NCBI GenBank assembly: GCA_030593295.1
Contig: JAUVHO010000003.1
Span: 22,164-86,163 of the forward strand
Direction: 5' to 3'
DNA: 64,000 nt
DNA from: Methanomassiliicoccales archaeon
GTDB lineage: Archaea; Thermoplasmatota; Thermoplasmata; RBG-16-68-12; SOIM01
A model generated the notes under the pieces. It ran no database searches. It was not told the DNA's origin and saw only the letters and a program-made list of their open reading frames with translations. The position numbers were made by a program, and so were the translations under genes. Each line of letters opens with the position of its first letter. Within the stretch, counting starts at the first letter, position 1. This document shows positions 17,130-27,066 of the stretch, piece after piece.

Positions 17130-18175
17130 TCCTTTCTCTTGAAGAGGAAGACGGTCGCGGCTACGACCAAGAGAAGAGAAGCGGTCGCACCGAGATAGAA
17201 GTCCATCCCTATCTCTTCGGGTCCGATCTTTGAAAGGATTATCGTCCTGTGGGAGAAGTGGGGAATGTTGATGAACACTTGTGTGGAATCCTCGTTCTGT
17301 AGGGCGTAATATGTCCCTTCACCGGATGATATGACATCCTTGACACTTCCTGCCAGTTGCAGTGTCTTGCCGTCCAGCTCCACTTTCATCTTGTTCAATG
17401 GGACGTCGAAAGCGGAGTCGTCTATGGTCAGTATGACCGTCCTCCCGTCCACAAAAGAGGCGTCAGCAGAAATCTCAACCTTGTCTTCGTCGGAGAACTG
17501 GACCTCCATGTCGATTGCCTGGTAGTCTATCACCGAGCTTATCAGGTTTTGACCGTCCAGCTCCAGGTACATCTCGCCGGCTATCCTGCCATCCGCGATG
17601 TCCGATCCAAGGCTCTCTTCATACATGTAGGAAGCACGGAAGTAGTATCTGTCACCCGGCTGCAAGGGAATGGATATGTCCTGGTCGTTCTTCACCAGGG
17701 TTCCGGAGCCCAGCAGTATCAGATCGCCACGGAAGTCGTCCGCACCTATGACAGCGGACTTGTCTGAGAATATGGCTCCCATGTCGGGAGATAGCCGGAA
17801 GTTGGCAGTGTCCTCGACGTTGGCTTCGAAGCTCATCACTCCCATGGGGATGTCGTGAGCTCGTGACGTTCCAGAAGATCCTTCGATGGTGAAGACACCG
17901 TCGCCGAACGTGGGTGCGTCCATGGCCTGGAAGTTGTCCAGCTGGACCCTCTCAAAAACGGGATATGTGACTACTTGGCCCTCAACGGTCTTGTTGACAG
18001 CGTAACCCCAGAAAACCTCCTCGAAGAATGTGTAGCAGATATGCCTTCCACATAACTCGTAGCTGCCATCATCCTGGGGTTCTACACCTCCACCGGTATC
18101 AGCACTTGAGCTGCCTATGCTGAGGACCACCAGGGTCGCCGATATGGCTAGTGCCGCCACCAGTGTTTTCTTCAT
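17126..18175 (-). CDS. Hypothetical secreted protein with a C-terminal TM anchor
   Basis: Signal 'MKKTLVAALAISATLVVLSIGSSSA'. C-terminal 'GATASLLLVVAATVFLFKRKD'. GAGGGAG SD-like motif upstream. Confidence 0.6.
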   Translation of the reverse strand: MKKTLVAALAISATLVVLSIGSSSADTGGGVEPQDDGSYELCGRHICYTFFEEVFWGYAVNKTVEGQVVTYPVFERVQLDNFQAMDAPTFGDGVFTIEGSSGTSRAHDIPMGVMSFEANVEDTANFRLSPDMGAIFSDKSAVIGADDFRGDLILLGSGTLVKNDQDISIPLQPGDRYYFRASYMYEESLGSDIADGRIAGEMYLELDGQNLISSVIDYQAIDMEVQFSDEDKVEISADASFVDGRTVILTIDDSAFDVPLNKMKVELDGKTLQLAGSVKDVISSGEGTYYALQNEDSTQVFINIPHFSHRTIILSKIGPEEIGMDFYLGATASLLLVVAATVFLFKRKD

Positions 18176-18380
18176 TTTCTCCCTCTTCTAAAAAGAATGG
18201 AGGAGGCTCCCTCCCCCATCGAGGGAGGTTCTATTATGTGGGCAGAATAATAGAAAAGCCTCAATCGTAGGAGAGCCTCGCTGGGGTTATATTGGATTTG
18301 GTACAACCGTCGAACAAACCTGATGAATCGCGATGTGTAGAAACCTTTTTTACCCAACATATGATTTTCCAGCGATTGCT

Positions 18381-18644
18381 ATGACTATAGAGGCATTTCT
18401 GACCATTCTGCTTGCCGGGTTGTCGTTCCTGCTGTTCGTGGTATCGATCCTCTCCTACAGGAGGGTCAAGAGCGTCAAGATCCTGTTCGTCTCCATCGCG
18501 TTCCTTCTTTTCTTCATAAAAGCTCTCGTGCTGCTGGTCAGCGTCATATCCAACACCTGGGATGATTTTGGGATGAGGTGGGAGCTTCTGCTACTCGATG
18601 TGATAGTCATCGTGATGCTATATCTGTCAATTGCGAGGAAATAG
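18381..18644 (+). CDS. Small membrane protein (3 predicted TM helices)
   Basis: 'MTIEAFLTILLAGLSFLLFVVSILSY...ILFVSIAFLLFFIKALVLLVSVI...LLLLDVIVIVMLYLSI'. 10 nt upstream of the wHTH regulator. Confidence 0.5.
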   Translation: MTIEAFLTILLAGLSFLLFVVSILSYRRVKSVKILFVSIAFLLFFIKALVLLVSVISNTWDDFGMRWELLLLDVIVIVMLYLSIARK

Positions 18645-18654
18645 GGGCGGATGA

Positions 18655-19179
18655 ATGGAGGAGGCCTTAGAGCTAGACAACAGGCGAAAGATATTCAGGT
18701 TCGTCTCCGAGAATCCAGGAGCGTACTTCAGAGAGATTCAGAGCAAACTGGAACTCGCGACGGGTGTCCTGGAGTACCACTTGGGCTATCTTGTCAAGAA
18801 GAAGCTGTTGTCAACCGAGAAGGACGGGAAGAAGGTTCGGTATTTCGTCTCTCAGGAGGTGCCTCACCCGGACAAGAAAGCACTGGGTCTCATGCGCCAG
18901 AAGACGCCCAGGAGGATTACCGTCCACGCTCTGCTGAACCCCAACTGCTCCTTTCAGGACCTCTTGAGCGAGTTCTCGATATCCAAGTCCACGTTGTCAT
19001 TTCACCTGAAGAAGCTGGAGAGGGCCGAGATACTGGAATCCACCAAGAAGGGCAGGAAGAAGTTCTACAGGGTCGCCGACCCGGATGAGGCCGCCAGGAT
19101 ACTGATCAGCTACAAATCGTCCTTCGTTGACAGCGTTGTGGACAGTTTCGCAGACGTATGGCTGGAGGTGGGCAGGTGA
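18655..19179 (+). CDS. Winged helix-turn-helix transcriptional regulator (ArsR-like, two wHTH units)
   Basis: 'RRKIFRFVSENPGAYFREIQSKLELATGVLEYHLGYLVKKKLL' and 'CSFQDLLSEFSISKSTLSFHLKKLERAEIL'. Confidence 0.72.
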   Translation: MEEALELDNRRKIFRFVSENPGAYFREIQSKLELATGVLEYHLGYLVKKKLLSTEKDGKKVRYFVSQEVPHPDKKALGLMRQKTPRRITVHALLNPNCSFQDLLSEFSISKSTLSFHLKKLERAEILESTKKGRKKFYRVADPDEAARILISYKSSFVDSVVDSFADVWLEVGR

Positions 19180-19826
19180 GCCACGAGGAAGATAGGGCGA
19201 GAATGGTCAAGAACCTGCAACGCAGCGGCTACGTTAAGAGCAGGAAGGTCGCAGAGGCGATGATGGCCGTTCCCAGGCATGTTTTCGTACCCCGCCGAGC
19301 TCGTGGAAATGCTTACGCCGATAGGCCCCTGCCCATTGGCGAAGGTCAAACCATTTCAGCACCTCACATGGTCGCGATGATGCTCGAGAAGCTGGACCTG
19401 ATGGAAGGCCAGAAGGTCTTAGAGATTGGAGGAGGCTCGGGCTACCACGCCGCACTGGCGGCGTATATGATAGGAGAAGAGGGCCTGGTCGTCTCGGTTG
19501 AGAGGATCGGGGCCCTCGCGGAGAGGGCAAGGGAGGTTCTCAAGGAAAGTGGGCTGGAACAGCGGGTGGTGATGGTCGTGGGCGACGGCTCCCTCGGGTG
19601 GGAGAAGAAGGCCCCATACGACCGGATATTCATCACCGCTGCCTCTCCGCAGATTCCTCCTCCGCTTCTGGAACAGTTGAAGGACGGGGGAAAGTTGCTG
19701 ATCCCGTTGGGAAGCCTGCATCTGCAGACGCTGATATTGGCCGAGAAAAGGGGGAACAAGATCAAGAAGAAGTACCACGGGGGGTGCATGTTCGTCCCCC
19801 TTATTGGCGAGTACGGATTCTCCTGA
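19158..19826 (+). CDS. pcm: Protein-L-isoaspartate O-methyltransferase
   Basis: 'VPRHVFVP', 'GQTISAPHMVAMMLE', 'VLEIGGGSGYHAA', 'APYDRIFITAA'. Exact start uncertain (19158, 19176 GTG or 19203 ATG). Confidence 0.9.
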   Translation: MAGGGQVSHEEDRARMVKNLQRSGYVKSRKVAEAMMAVPRHVFVPRRARGNAYADRPLPIGEGQTISAPHMVAMMLEKLDLMEGQKVLEIGGGSGYHAALAAYMIGEEGLVVSVERIGALAERAREVLKESGLEQRVVMVVGDGSLGWEKKAPYDRIFITAASPQIPPPLLEQLKDGGKLLIPLGSLHLQTLILAEKRGNKIKKKYHGGCMFVPLIGEYGFS

Positions 19827-19866
19827 AGCAAGACATAAATACGAAGAGGAAGGTCTTTTTGGCAGG

Positions 19867-20559
19867 ATGATAACAATAGTTGGAGTTGGCCACGTTTTCG
19901 ACATTGGCGATCAGGTCAGTGATGTGATAGTTCAGAGAAGTCCCTCGGTCGTCTGCGTGGAACTGGATGCCGCCAGGTTTGAGGCTCTCATGACCAAGGA
20001 GGTCAGGGGGAGCGCCCCATTGCCTTATCGAGCATTGGCGTTCTTCCAGAAGAGGATTGCCAAGAAGTACGGGCAGGAGGTGGGACAGGAGATGGTTGCT
20101 GCCGTGCAATCCGCCAGGCAGGTCGGGGCGAAGTTGGCGTTCATCGACCTTGACTCGTTGCAGGTCTTTCAGAAGTTCTGGCAGATGATGACATTCAAGG
20201 AGCGCGTGAAGCTCGTGTTCGCTCTCGTCACTAGCGTCTTCATTCCCAAGAAGACGGTTGACGAGGAGATCAAGAAGTTCGAGGATGCCGAGGCCGAGTA
20301 CATGGAGGTTTTCGCCTCCGAGTTTCCTTCGGCAAAGAAGATACTCATAGACGACAGGAACGTCCATATGGCCACCGCGATCAGGAAGCTGAACGAGGAG
20401 TATGAGAACATAGTCGCAGTTGTGGGGGATGGACACATCGAAGGCCTCACCAGATTGCTGGAGGACAAGTCGCCGGAGATCATAAGGCTAAAGGACCTGC
20501 GGGCCATGCATGTGGAGGGTTCAACGGTTTCTTTCAGCTATGACATTCGCAGTGAATAG
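19867..20559 (+). CDS. TraB/PrgY-family protein
   Basis: 'MITIVGVGHVFDIGDQVSDVIVQRSPSVVCVELD', 'DDRNVHMATAIRKL', 'AVVGDGHIEGL'. ATG at 19867 is preferred to the track start at 19804. Confidence 0.78.
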   Translation: MITIVGVGHVFDIGDQVSDVIVQRSPSVVCVELDAARFEALMTKEVRGSAPLPYRALAFFQKRIAKKYGQEVGQEMVAAVQSARQVGAKLAFIDLDSLQVFQKFWQMMTFKERVKLVFALVTSVFIPKKTVDEEIKKFEDAEAEYMEVFASEFPSAKKILIDDRNVHMATAIRKLNEEYENIVAVVGDGHIEGLTRLLEDKSPEIIRLKDLRAMHVEGSTVSFSYDIRSE

Positions 20560-20585
20560 AACTGGAATGTATGGAAGTCATTGCT

Positions 20586-21380
20586 CTATTTGGTTACACA
20601 GTACCTGCAACTAACCCAATACGGCCAATCAGTTCTGTCTTCTAATACTCTCAGAATTCTAACACCGCTCTTCTTGAGCAGCTTCTCAACCCTCTCTCGC
20701 TTCATCCAATACATCTCAATGACTGGTTCGTCGGTCTTCTGCCTGAGATGTTCATACCTGATCTTGCGAATCCAGTGTAGCAGGGCTTCCGGAGCAGTCG
20801 TCTTGGCAAGATGCTTGATGACTTTTCTCATGTTCTTTGAATCGTTTGGATCTAGTTTCGGCTCACTCAGGTATTGGAATACCAGGAGTCCTCCCGGTTC
20901 AACTACTCTCAGGAGTTCTCGTATGTAGTTCCCAGCGTATTTGGGCTCCATGTGCATTAGGGTGACATTTGAGTAAATGAAGTCAAACGTGCTATCCGGG
21001 AACAGGCCAAGGTCATCGCTTTCGTTCAAATGGTATCTACATCTGTTGCCGTGGGAGTTGAACTCGTTCGCCTTGTTTATCATTGAAGAGGAAATGTCCA
21101 CTCCATGGACCTCGTTGAAATAGCCAGCAAGCGCCTGCGTCAACCTGCCAACGCCGCAACCGAAGTCAAGTGCCAGCTTCCGGGGGACACAGACATCAGG
21201 ATATTCTGCTTCTATGGAGTCAACTATTTTCACGACTTCTCTGATTTCCGTCTCACCCCTCTCGAAAAACTCATCAACTCTGTGCTCGTCCCACTCTGGG
21301 GTGAGTATTGCCCCAAAGGGATCTTCCGTGCCCAATCTATTCCAGGTCTTCTTCAACTCTAGGAAATACTCATCTTTCAT
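20586..21380 (-). CDS. Class I SAM-dependent methyltransferase
   Basis: Motif I 'ALDFGCGVGRLT', 'VHGVDISSSMI', 'FDFIYSNVTLMHM'. Confidence 0.8.
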   Translation of the reverse strand: MKDEYFLELKKTWNRLGTEDPFGAILTPEWDEHRVDEFFERGETEIREVVKIVDSIEAEYPDVCVPRKLALDFGCGVGRLTQALAGYFNEVHGVDISSSMINKANEFNSHGNRCRYHLNESDDLGLFPDSTFDFIYSNVTLMHMEPKYAGNYIRELLRVVEPGGLLVFQYLSEPKLDPNDSKNMRKVIKHLAKTTAPEALLHWIRKIRYEHLRQKTDEPVIEMYWMKRERVEKLLKKSGVRILRVLEDRTDWPYWVSCRYCVTK

Positions 21381-21521
21381 CTTGCCCTCTGAAAGATATC
21401 TGATATTTCCGCCAAATATAAGTCTTTCTTGGTGAGTGGTCGCTCGTACGACACTAAAGGAGCTTCAATCGCGTGCATAAACCATTTAGCGTCTAACGAC
21501 TATTAGGGTCCTGGTGGAGAA

Positions 21522-22124
21522 TTGAAGGTCGAGCTTGTGCGTTACACTCGCGATCCCGTCGAGGCAGCCGGTAGGGCCGGAGGCGTCTGCTACGACAAGG
21601 AAGAGAAAGAGGACTACGGCAAGTTCATTCAAGGAATCGTCCGGAGTGGGCATGAGTCCGTCATCGAACATGTGGTTTTCACTTTCAGGGTAGAGGGCGT
21701 CAGCAGGGCGTGCACTCATCAACTGGTCAGGCACAGGATCGCGTCGTATTCCCAGAGGAGCCAGAGGTACGTTGACGAGGGGGAGTTCGATTATGTCGTA
21801 CCCCCCAGCGTTCAGCAATCAGAAGAGGCCAGAAAGGAGTTTGAACAGACCATGGATTTGCTGATAGGCGAATACGAGAAACTGAGAGACATGGGCGTCC
21901 CGAAGGAGGATGCGCGGTTCGTTCTTCCCAACGCATGCACGACGACCATAGTCGTCACCATGAACGCACGGTCATTGAGGAACTTCCTGAGGGTCAGGCT
22001 GGAGAGGCACGCTCAGTGGGAGATCAGGCAGCTGGCACAGGAGATGTTCGACCTGGTCAATGAGGTCGCACGACCGCTTTTTGAGGACCTTCAGTCCCTG
22101 AGGGACGCCGGAAGAGAGGAGTAG
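21522..22124 (+). CDS. thyX: FAD-dependent thymidylate synthase
   Basis: ThyX motif 'RHRIASYSQRSQRY', 'HESVIEHVVFTF'. TTG start preceded by GGTGGAGA. Confidence 0.92.
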   Translation: MKVELVRYTRDPVEAAGRAGGVCYDKEEKEDYGKFIQGIVRSGHESVIEHVVFTFRVEGVSRACTHQLVRHRIASYSQRSQRYVDEGEFDYVVPPSVQQSEEARKEFEQTMDLLIGEYEKLRDMGVPKEDARFVLPNACTTTIVVTMNARSLRNFLRVRLERHAQWEIRQLAQEMFDLVNEVARPLFEDLQSLRDAGREE

Positions 22125-22176
22125 TTTCACCAGACCGAGACGAACCCTTAATACTCGTCAATCCTTTTTCCCGCCG

Positions 22177-23385
22177 ATGAAAGGTGGGGAGGCGCCTCGG
22201 AAGACGATCGAATTCATCAAGGGACGGTTCAAGGACTACTACAATGAGGTTGAGCTGTACCTGCCCGAGAGGTTCGGCCGGAGGGAGTTCGGCTTCATGT
22301 TCTTCGATGCTGACTACGTTCAGAGGCACATGAACTTCGCCACCAAGAACGAGATTAAGCAGTACCTGGTCAATAGGATGCCGGCCCACGTTTATCATTC
22401 GGCAGCATACTACTCCAAACCTGGCGCCCCCACGATGATCCAGAAGGATTGGCTGGGGGCCGATCTGATATTCGACCTCGATGCCGATCATGTTATCGGG
22501 GCCCGGAAGATGACATACGAACAGATGCTCGGTGTGGTCAAGACAGAGACGATGAAGCTCATAGACGATTTCTTGGTAGGAGATTTCGGTTTCGAAGAAA
22601 AGGACCTTGTCGTGACTTTCTCTGGTGGAAGGGGGTATCACATACACATCCGTGACCCTCGCGTGTGGACACTCTCCAGCCATGAAAGAAGGGAGATTGT
22701 AGACTACATCCTTGGAACGGACATGGACGAGGAAGGTATCTTCGTTAAGAGCCCCTTCGACCGGACACCGTACGGGTTGAAGTACAAATTCGAGATGCCT
22801 GCCGTGGACGAGGTGGGGTGGAGGGGCCGGATCGCCAGAGGAATAGTGGAAGAGGTTGAACTGTTGAAGGAAATGGAGAAGGGCGAAGCCCTGGCCAGGT
22901 TGAAGAGCTTCGAAGGAGTGGGACACTCTACCGCCAAGGAGCTTTACGACATCCTTTTCGAAGGAGAGGATGGCAAGACCGGATACGACTACATCAAACA
23001 GGGTAATCTGGACATATTCCCTGGTGACAGATATCTGAACCGTTTCAAGAAGGGGTTCCTGAGCATTGTCACAGATACAAGGAGCGGGAAGACCGATGAG
23101 CCAGTCACGTCCGATGTCAAGAGGCTCATAAGGCTCCCAACCTCTCTGCACGGCAAGACAGGATTCAGAGTTGTACTTCTATCCAGATCGGAATTGGACG
23201 ATTTCGATCCCCTCGTCGAAGCGGTCCCCGCAACATGGTCCGATGACGAGCTTGTCCTCAAGGGGAGGTCCAAGGCCTCCGTCAAATTGAAGGGGGAAAC
23301 TTTTAATTTGGAAGATGACATAGTACGACTCCCCGAATACGCAGCAATGTTCTATATGTGCAGAGGCATGGCGACCCTTGCGTAG
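22177..23385 (+). CDS. priS: DNA primase small (catalytic) subunit
   Basis: 'GADLIFDLDADH', 'VTFSGGRGYHIHI', 'DEPVTSDVKRLIRLPTSLHGKTG'. Confidence 0.9.
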   Translation: MKGGEAPRKTIEFIKGRFKDYYNEVELYLPERFGRREFGFMFFDADYVQRHMNFATKNEIKQYLVNRMPAHVYHSAAYYSKPGAPTMIQKDWLGADLIFDLDADHVIGARKMTYEQMLGVVKTETMKLIDDFLVGDFGFEEKDLVVTFSGGRGYHIHIRDPRVWTLSSHERREIVDYILGTDMDEEGIFVKSPFDRTPYGLKYKFEMPAVDEVGWRGRIARGIVEEVELLKEMEKGEALARLKSFEGVGHSTAKELYDILFEGEDGKTGYDYIKQGNLDIFPGDRYLNRFKKGFLSIVTDTRSGKTDEPVTSDVKRLIRLPTSLHGKTGFRVVLLSRSELDDFDPLVEAVPATWSDDELVLKGRSKASVKLKGETFNLEDDIVRLPEYAAMFYMCRGMATLA

Positions 23386-25402
23386 GAGAGATGGGATGAG
23401 GAGATTCCGAGACAGGCTGGAAGGCGGCTATAGAGTAGTCCGCATACGGAAACTGAAGCACATGATGTACCTGCTCTTCGGAGTTCTCATACTCGTCGTC
23501 GGCATCCTCATGATGGTCCTTAACGGGCTGACACTTGATCCCTTCTTCCTTCCGCTTGACATGTTTCTTCTCGTGACCCTCTACTTCTTAATCATCGTAA
23601 CCGGTCTGAACTTCTTCTTCAGGAACCTCGAGATCAAGCATAACGCCAGGAACAGCCAGAAGCACCTGATGGCCAGGAACTCACAGAGGACCGGGATAGC
23701 GATAATAGGGATCTGCGCATTCGTGGCAATCATCGTCATGTTCCCGGCAACGGCAAGTTCCGCAAATGAGATACTATCGCTCGAGGGAAGGGACGCGGTC
23801 ACACTTGCCGGAGATCAGTTCGTACAGCACTTCGAGAATCAGGACAGGCTGGGTCTTTTCAAGTCCGAGTGGATCGACGTTCGGGCGATAACCGGCCAGG
23901 TGAACGTCCAGTTGTGCGAGGAGGCGGATTTTGAGGCAGACAGTGTCTGTGACAATCCGTACTTCGAGATGCCTTTTGGAGCCAACGTGCAGAGGAGGAT
24001 CCAAGTTCCGGAAGAAGGCTATGTCCAACTCGCTCTGATTATCACCAACCTACCCGGTGGCCCATCCACTTTCAGCTATCACGTCGAGAGGAATCCAGCT
24101 CCCGTTTTCATTGGTCTCCAACCGCTCCTGATATGCTTGGCCTTCGTAGTCTTCAACTCGGCATGGACGGTCTATCTTCAGCCGATCAAGAGAAGATATG
24201 CGACCACCTCGGTGTACAGTGAAGATTACATCGCTCCGACGGTTGCCGAGACCGAGTTAAGGACCGAGGCCGGGGCCAAGAGGGCGCCAGCCCCCGAAGC
24301 GGTGCGCTTCGGACCCGTAAGGCCCAAGATCCGCAGACGAAAGGTCGCGGCTCCGCCCCTGCAGGACGTGGACGCTCTTCCGCCTCCGCCTTTGCCGGGA
24401 ACGGCCCATCCACTTCCCAGAGGAGCTTTCCTCGACGAGCTTTTGGTCGTCATGGATTCCGAAGGTGACAAGAAGAGCACCATAGGCTTCCTAAGGAACC
24501 TGATCGGAATGGACCCGGTGAACAAGGACGCCCTTTACCATCTCGGGGATGTTTACCAGCAGGAAGGCAACTACCAGTTCGCATTCAACGAGTACGACAG
24601 GATCACCAAGATAGACCCCAAGGATGACCGGGCCTGGGTCAAGAGAGGGGAGGCCCTCATGCCGTTGGAGAGGGAGCTCGAAGCCGTGGGCAGCTTCAAA
24701 CACGCGGTCGGTCTCAATGCCGAAAACCCAGCCGCCATTGAATGGCTCAGAAGCATCAAGCGTGAGAACCAGAAACTGATGGCAAGGGCGATAGACCGTT
24801 CCACGAATAAGGACTTCAATGGGGCGATCGAGCTCTATGACAGGATCCTGCGAAGAGCCCCCGAGAACGTACATGCCCTGCTGGGAAAGGGGACCATGTA
24901 CAGGCGACTGGAGAAATGGCCTGCTTCCCTGGAGGCTCTCAACAATGTCCTGGAGATTGACCCGGAGAATGTCGCGGCCTTGCGTAACAAGGTCGAGGTG
25001 TTCGAGAGTGTGATGAGCTGGGAAGAGGCCCTGGACGGCTACGACGAGATGATCGAGAGGGCGCCGGACAACTACCTGGACTGGGTGAGAAGGGGCGATG
25101 TCCTGTTCGAGCTCGGGAGGACCGAGGACGCCATTGAGAGCTACAGAGAGGCTGAGAAACTGAAACCGGACTCAGAACGGGTCCAGAAGAGGATCAAGCT
25201 CCTAGTCGCTCCGGAGATGGATGAGATGGTGAAGAAGTTCACCAAAATCCCCGGTATCGGCAAGTCAAAGGCCATAGCTCTGTTCGAGGCGGGCTACGAG
25301 TCGGTGGACGACCTGAAGAAGATCGGCGTGAAGAAGCTGGCGAAGGTCAAAGGCATCAGCAGGGGTTTGGCCAAGAAGATAAAGCAGCACCTGAAGGATT
25401 GA
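23378..25402 (+). CDS. Membrane-anchored TPR-repeat protein with C-terminal helix-hairpin-helix motifs
   Basis: N-terminal TM helices, Pro-rich linker 'APPLQDVDALPPPPLPG', several TPR units ('ALYHLGDVYQQEGNYQFAFNEYDRITKIDP...'). C-terminal 'IPGIGKSKAIALFEAGY...KVKGISRGLAKKI'. Confidence 0.75.
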   Translation: MRRRDGMRRFRDRLEGGYRVVRIRKLKHMMYLLFGVLILVVGILMMVLNGLTLDPFFLPLDMFLLVTLYFLIIVTGLNFFFRNLEIKHNARNSQKHLMARNSQRTGIAIIGICAFVAIIVMFPATASSANEILSLEGRDAVTLAGDQFVQHFENQDRLGLFKSEWIDVRAITGQVNVQLCEEADFEADSVCDNPYFEMPFGANVQRRIQVPEEGYVQLALIITNLPGGPSTFSYHVERNPAPVFIGLQPLLICLAFVVFNSAWTVYLQPIKRRYATTSVYSEDYIAPTVAETELRTEAGAKRAPAPEAVRFGPVRPKIRRRKVAAPPLQDVDALPPPPLPGTAHPLPRGAFLDELLVVMDSEGDKKSTIGFLRNLIGMDPVNKDALYHLGDVYQQEGNYQFAFNEYDRITKIDPKDDRAWVKRGEALMPLERELEAVGSFKHAVGLNAENPAAIEWLRSIKRENQKLMARAIDRSTNKDFNGAIELYDRILRRAPENVHALLGKGTMYRRLEKWPASLEALNNVLEIDPENVAALRNKVEVFESVMSWEEALDGYDEMIERAPDNYLDWVRRGDVLFELGRTEDAIESYREAEKLKPDSERVQKRIKLLVAPEMDEMVKKFTKIPGIGKSKAIALFEAGYESVDDLKKIGVKKLAKVKGISRGLAKKIKQHLKD

Positions 25403-25453
25403 GCGTTGCACCAATGCTTTTTACGGTAGACCTGCATACTATCGGCGAGTCAG

Positions 25454-25693
25454 ATGAAAGCGTTCAGGTTTGAGGGCGAGTTCCTCATGAAGGACAAGTG
25501 GCAGAACTTCGTCAAAGAGATCGCCAGCAAGAACAAGAAGACGGCGACCGAGAGTTTGCTGTCCGACATGGGTGGAAGACACAGGGCCAAAAGGAAGAAC
25601 ATAAAGATCCACGATGTCAAGGAGCTCAAGCTCGAGGAGATAGAGAGCCCCTTGGTCAGGGAAGAAATGGCGGGTGACAAGGGTGGCGAATGA
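25454..25693 (+). CDS. rplX: Ribosomal protein LX (L18Ae/L20A family)
   Basis: 'MKAFRFEGEFLMKDKWQNFVKEIASKN...GGRHRAKRKNIKIHDVKEL'. Sits in the conserved archaeal order LX-pfdA-ftsY. Confidence 0.78.
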   Translation: MKAFRFEGEFLMKDKWQNFVKEIASKNKKTATESLLSDMGGRHRAKRKNIKIHDVKELKLEEIESPLVREEMAGDKGGE

Positions 25694-26108
25694 AGAGTTC
25701 CAGAAGGCCGCTACCGAATACGAGATGTTCCGTTCGCAGTTGGAAGCGCTGGCCCAGCAGAACGAACTGCTGACCATGTCGCTGGAAGAGCACATGAGGG
25801 CCAAGGAGACCATGACCCGGTTCCAGGAGGGTGGAAAGGGCTCGGAGATACTTGTTCCAGTGGGCGCCAACTCGTTTCTCTTCGCCGAGATCAAGGTGCC
25901 GGACAAGGCGATAGTCGGAATAGGTTCTGACCTTACCGTGGAGGAGGACATGGGAGATGCCATCAAACGTCTGGACGGAAAGATAGAAGACCTCAGCAGC
26001 GCCCTCAAGAGCTTGGCGGAGAAGATAGTGGAGGTCAGCCAGAATGCGGAGGAGAAGTCCGAGATCGTGAGGACGCTTTACGCGCAGGCGCAGCAGGGGA
26101 CGGAGTAG
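25674..26108 (+). CDS. pfdA: Prefoldin alpha subunit
   Basis: Coiled coil-beta hairpin-coiled coil pattern ('ILVPVGANSFLFAEIKVPDKAIVGIGSDLTVEED'), plus position between rplX and ftsY. GTG start uncertain. Confidence 0.8.
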   Translation: MTRVANEEFQKAATEYEMFRSQLEALAQQNELLTMSLEEHMRAKETMTRFQEGGKGSEILVPVGANSFLFAEIKVPDKAIVGIGSDLTVEEDMGDAIKRLDGKIEDLSSALKSLAEKIVEVSQNAEEKSEIVRTLYAQAQQGTE

Positions 26109-26131
26109 GCACATTTTGTGAGTAGGGATCC

Positions 26132-27064
26132 ATGTTCAAGGCTCTGAGAGATAAACTCAAGGTCTGGAAGAAACAGGCCGCGACCGAGCTCGATGATGTC
26201 ATATCCGAGGACAGCGGGAGGAAGATAAAGGAATCCAAGCTGGAGGATTTCCTGTGGGACCTCGAGATGGTGCTGATGGAGGCCGATGTCGCCCTACCAG
26301 TCATTGTGGAGATCAAGTCGAGGATAAAGGAGGACCTCATTGGCAAGAGGGTCACCAAGAAGGTCGGTTTTTCGGAAGGGATCGAGATCGCTCTGAGGAA
26401 CGCTATCAAGGACGTCATGCTGGTCGAACCTCTTGATTTCATTCAGTTCATCAAGAATCATGAGAAGCCTGTGGTGATAATGTTCGTGGGCGTGAACGGT
26501 ACTGGCAAGACCACGTCCATCGCCAAGCTGGCCCATTTGCTGAGGAAGAACAAACTGTCATCCGTATTCGCAGCATCCGACACATTCAGAGCAGGCGCGA
26601 TAGAGCAGCTGGAGAAGCATTCGTTGAACCTGGGAATAAGGGTCATCAAGCATCAGTCGGGGTCTGACCCGGCCGCAGTCTCGTACGATGCGGTGGAACA
26701 TGCCAAGGCCAGAAGGAAGGACGTCGTTCTTATTGACACGGCTGGAAGGATGCAGACCAACGTCAACCTCATGGACGAGATGAAGAAGATCAAGAAGGTG
26801 GCGAACCCGGACCTGATAGTATTTGTCGGTGACGCTCTCGCAGGCAACGACGCCGTGGAGCAGGCGGTCAAGTTCAATGAAGCGGTGGGGATCGACGCAG
26901 CCATTCTCTCCAAGATCGACGCGGACGCCAAAGGTGGCGCTGCGCTTTCCATTACACACTCTATCGGAAAACCAATTCTCTTTGTCGGAACCGGCCAAGA
27001 ATATGACGATATAGCATTCTTCGACGCAAAATGGATGGTTGAGAGGCTCTTCGAAGGCAAGTAG
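26132..27064 (+). CDS. ftsY: Signal recognition particle receptor
   Basis: 'VIMFVGVNGTGKTTSIAKLA', 'DTFRAGAIEQL', 'VLIDTAGRMQ', 'ILSKIDADAKGGAALS'. Confidence 0.93.
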   Translation: MFKALRDKLKVWKKQAATELDDVISEDSGRKIKESKLEDFLWDLEMVLMEADVALPVIVEIKSRIKEDLIGKRVTKKVGFSEGIEIALRNAIKDVMLVEPLDFIQFIKNHEKPVVIMFVGVNGTGKTTSIAKLAHLLRKNKLSSVFAASDTFRAGAIEQLEKHSLNLGIRVIKHQSGSDPAAVSYDAVEHAKARRKDVVLIDTAGRMQTNVNLMDEMKKIKKVANPDLIVFVGDALAGNDAVEQAVKFNEAVGIDAAILSKIDADAKGGAALSITHSIGKPILFVGTGQEYDDIAFFDAKWMVERLFEGK

Positions 27065-27066
27065 AC

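Noticed and set aside
19419-20436. Several 100-210-aa minus-strand ORFs (19419..19904, 19442..19876, 19801..20436)
   Set aside because: They are antisense to pcm and the TraB-family gene and have no motifs.
22057-23151. 364-aa ORF on the minus strand
   Set aside because: It is entirely antisense to the well-supported priS gene. The translation is low-complexity (Pro/Gly/Arg/Leu/Val-rich) with no motif. This is a typical shadow ORF.
25439-26114. 189-aa and 152-aa ORFs on the minus strand
   Set aside because: They are antisense to rplX and pfdA, which sit in the conserved rplX-pfdA-ftsY order. The translations are Ser/Leu/Arg-rich.
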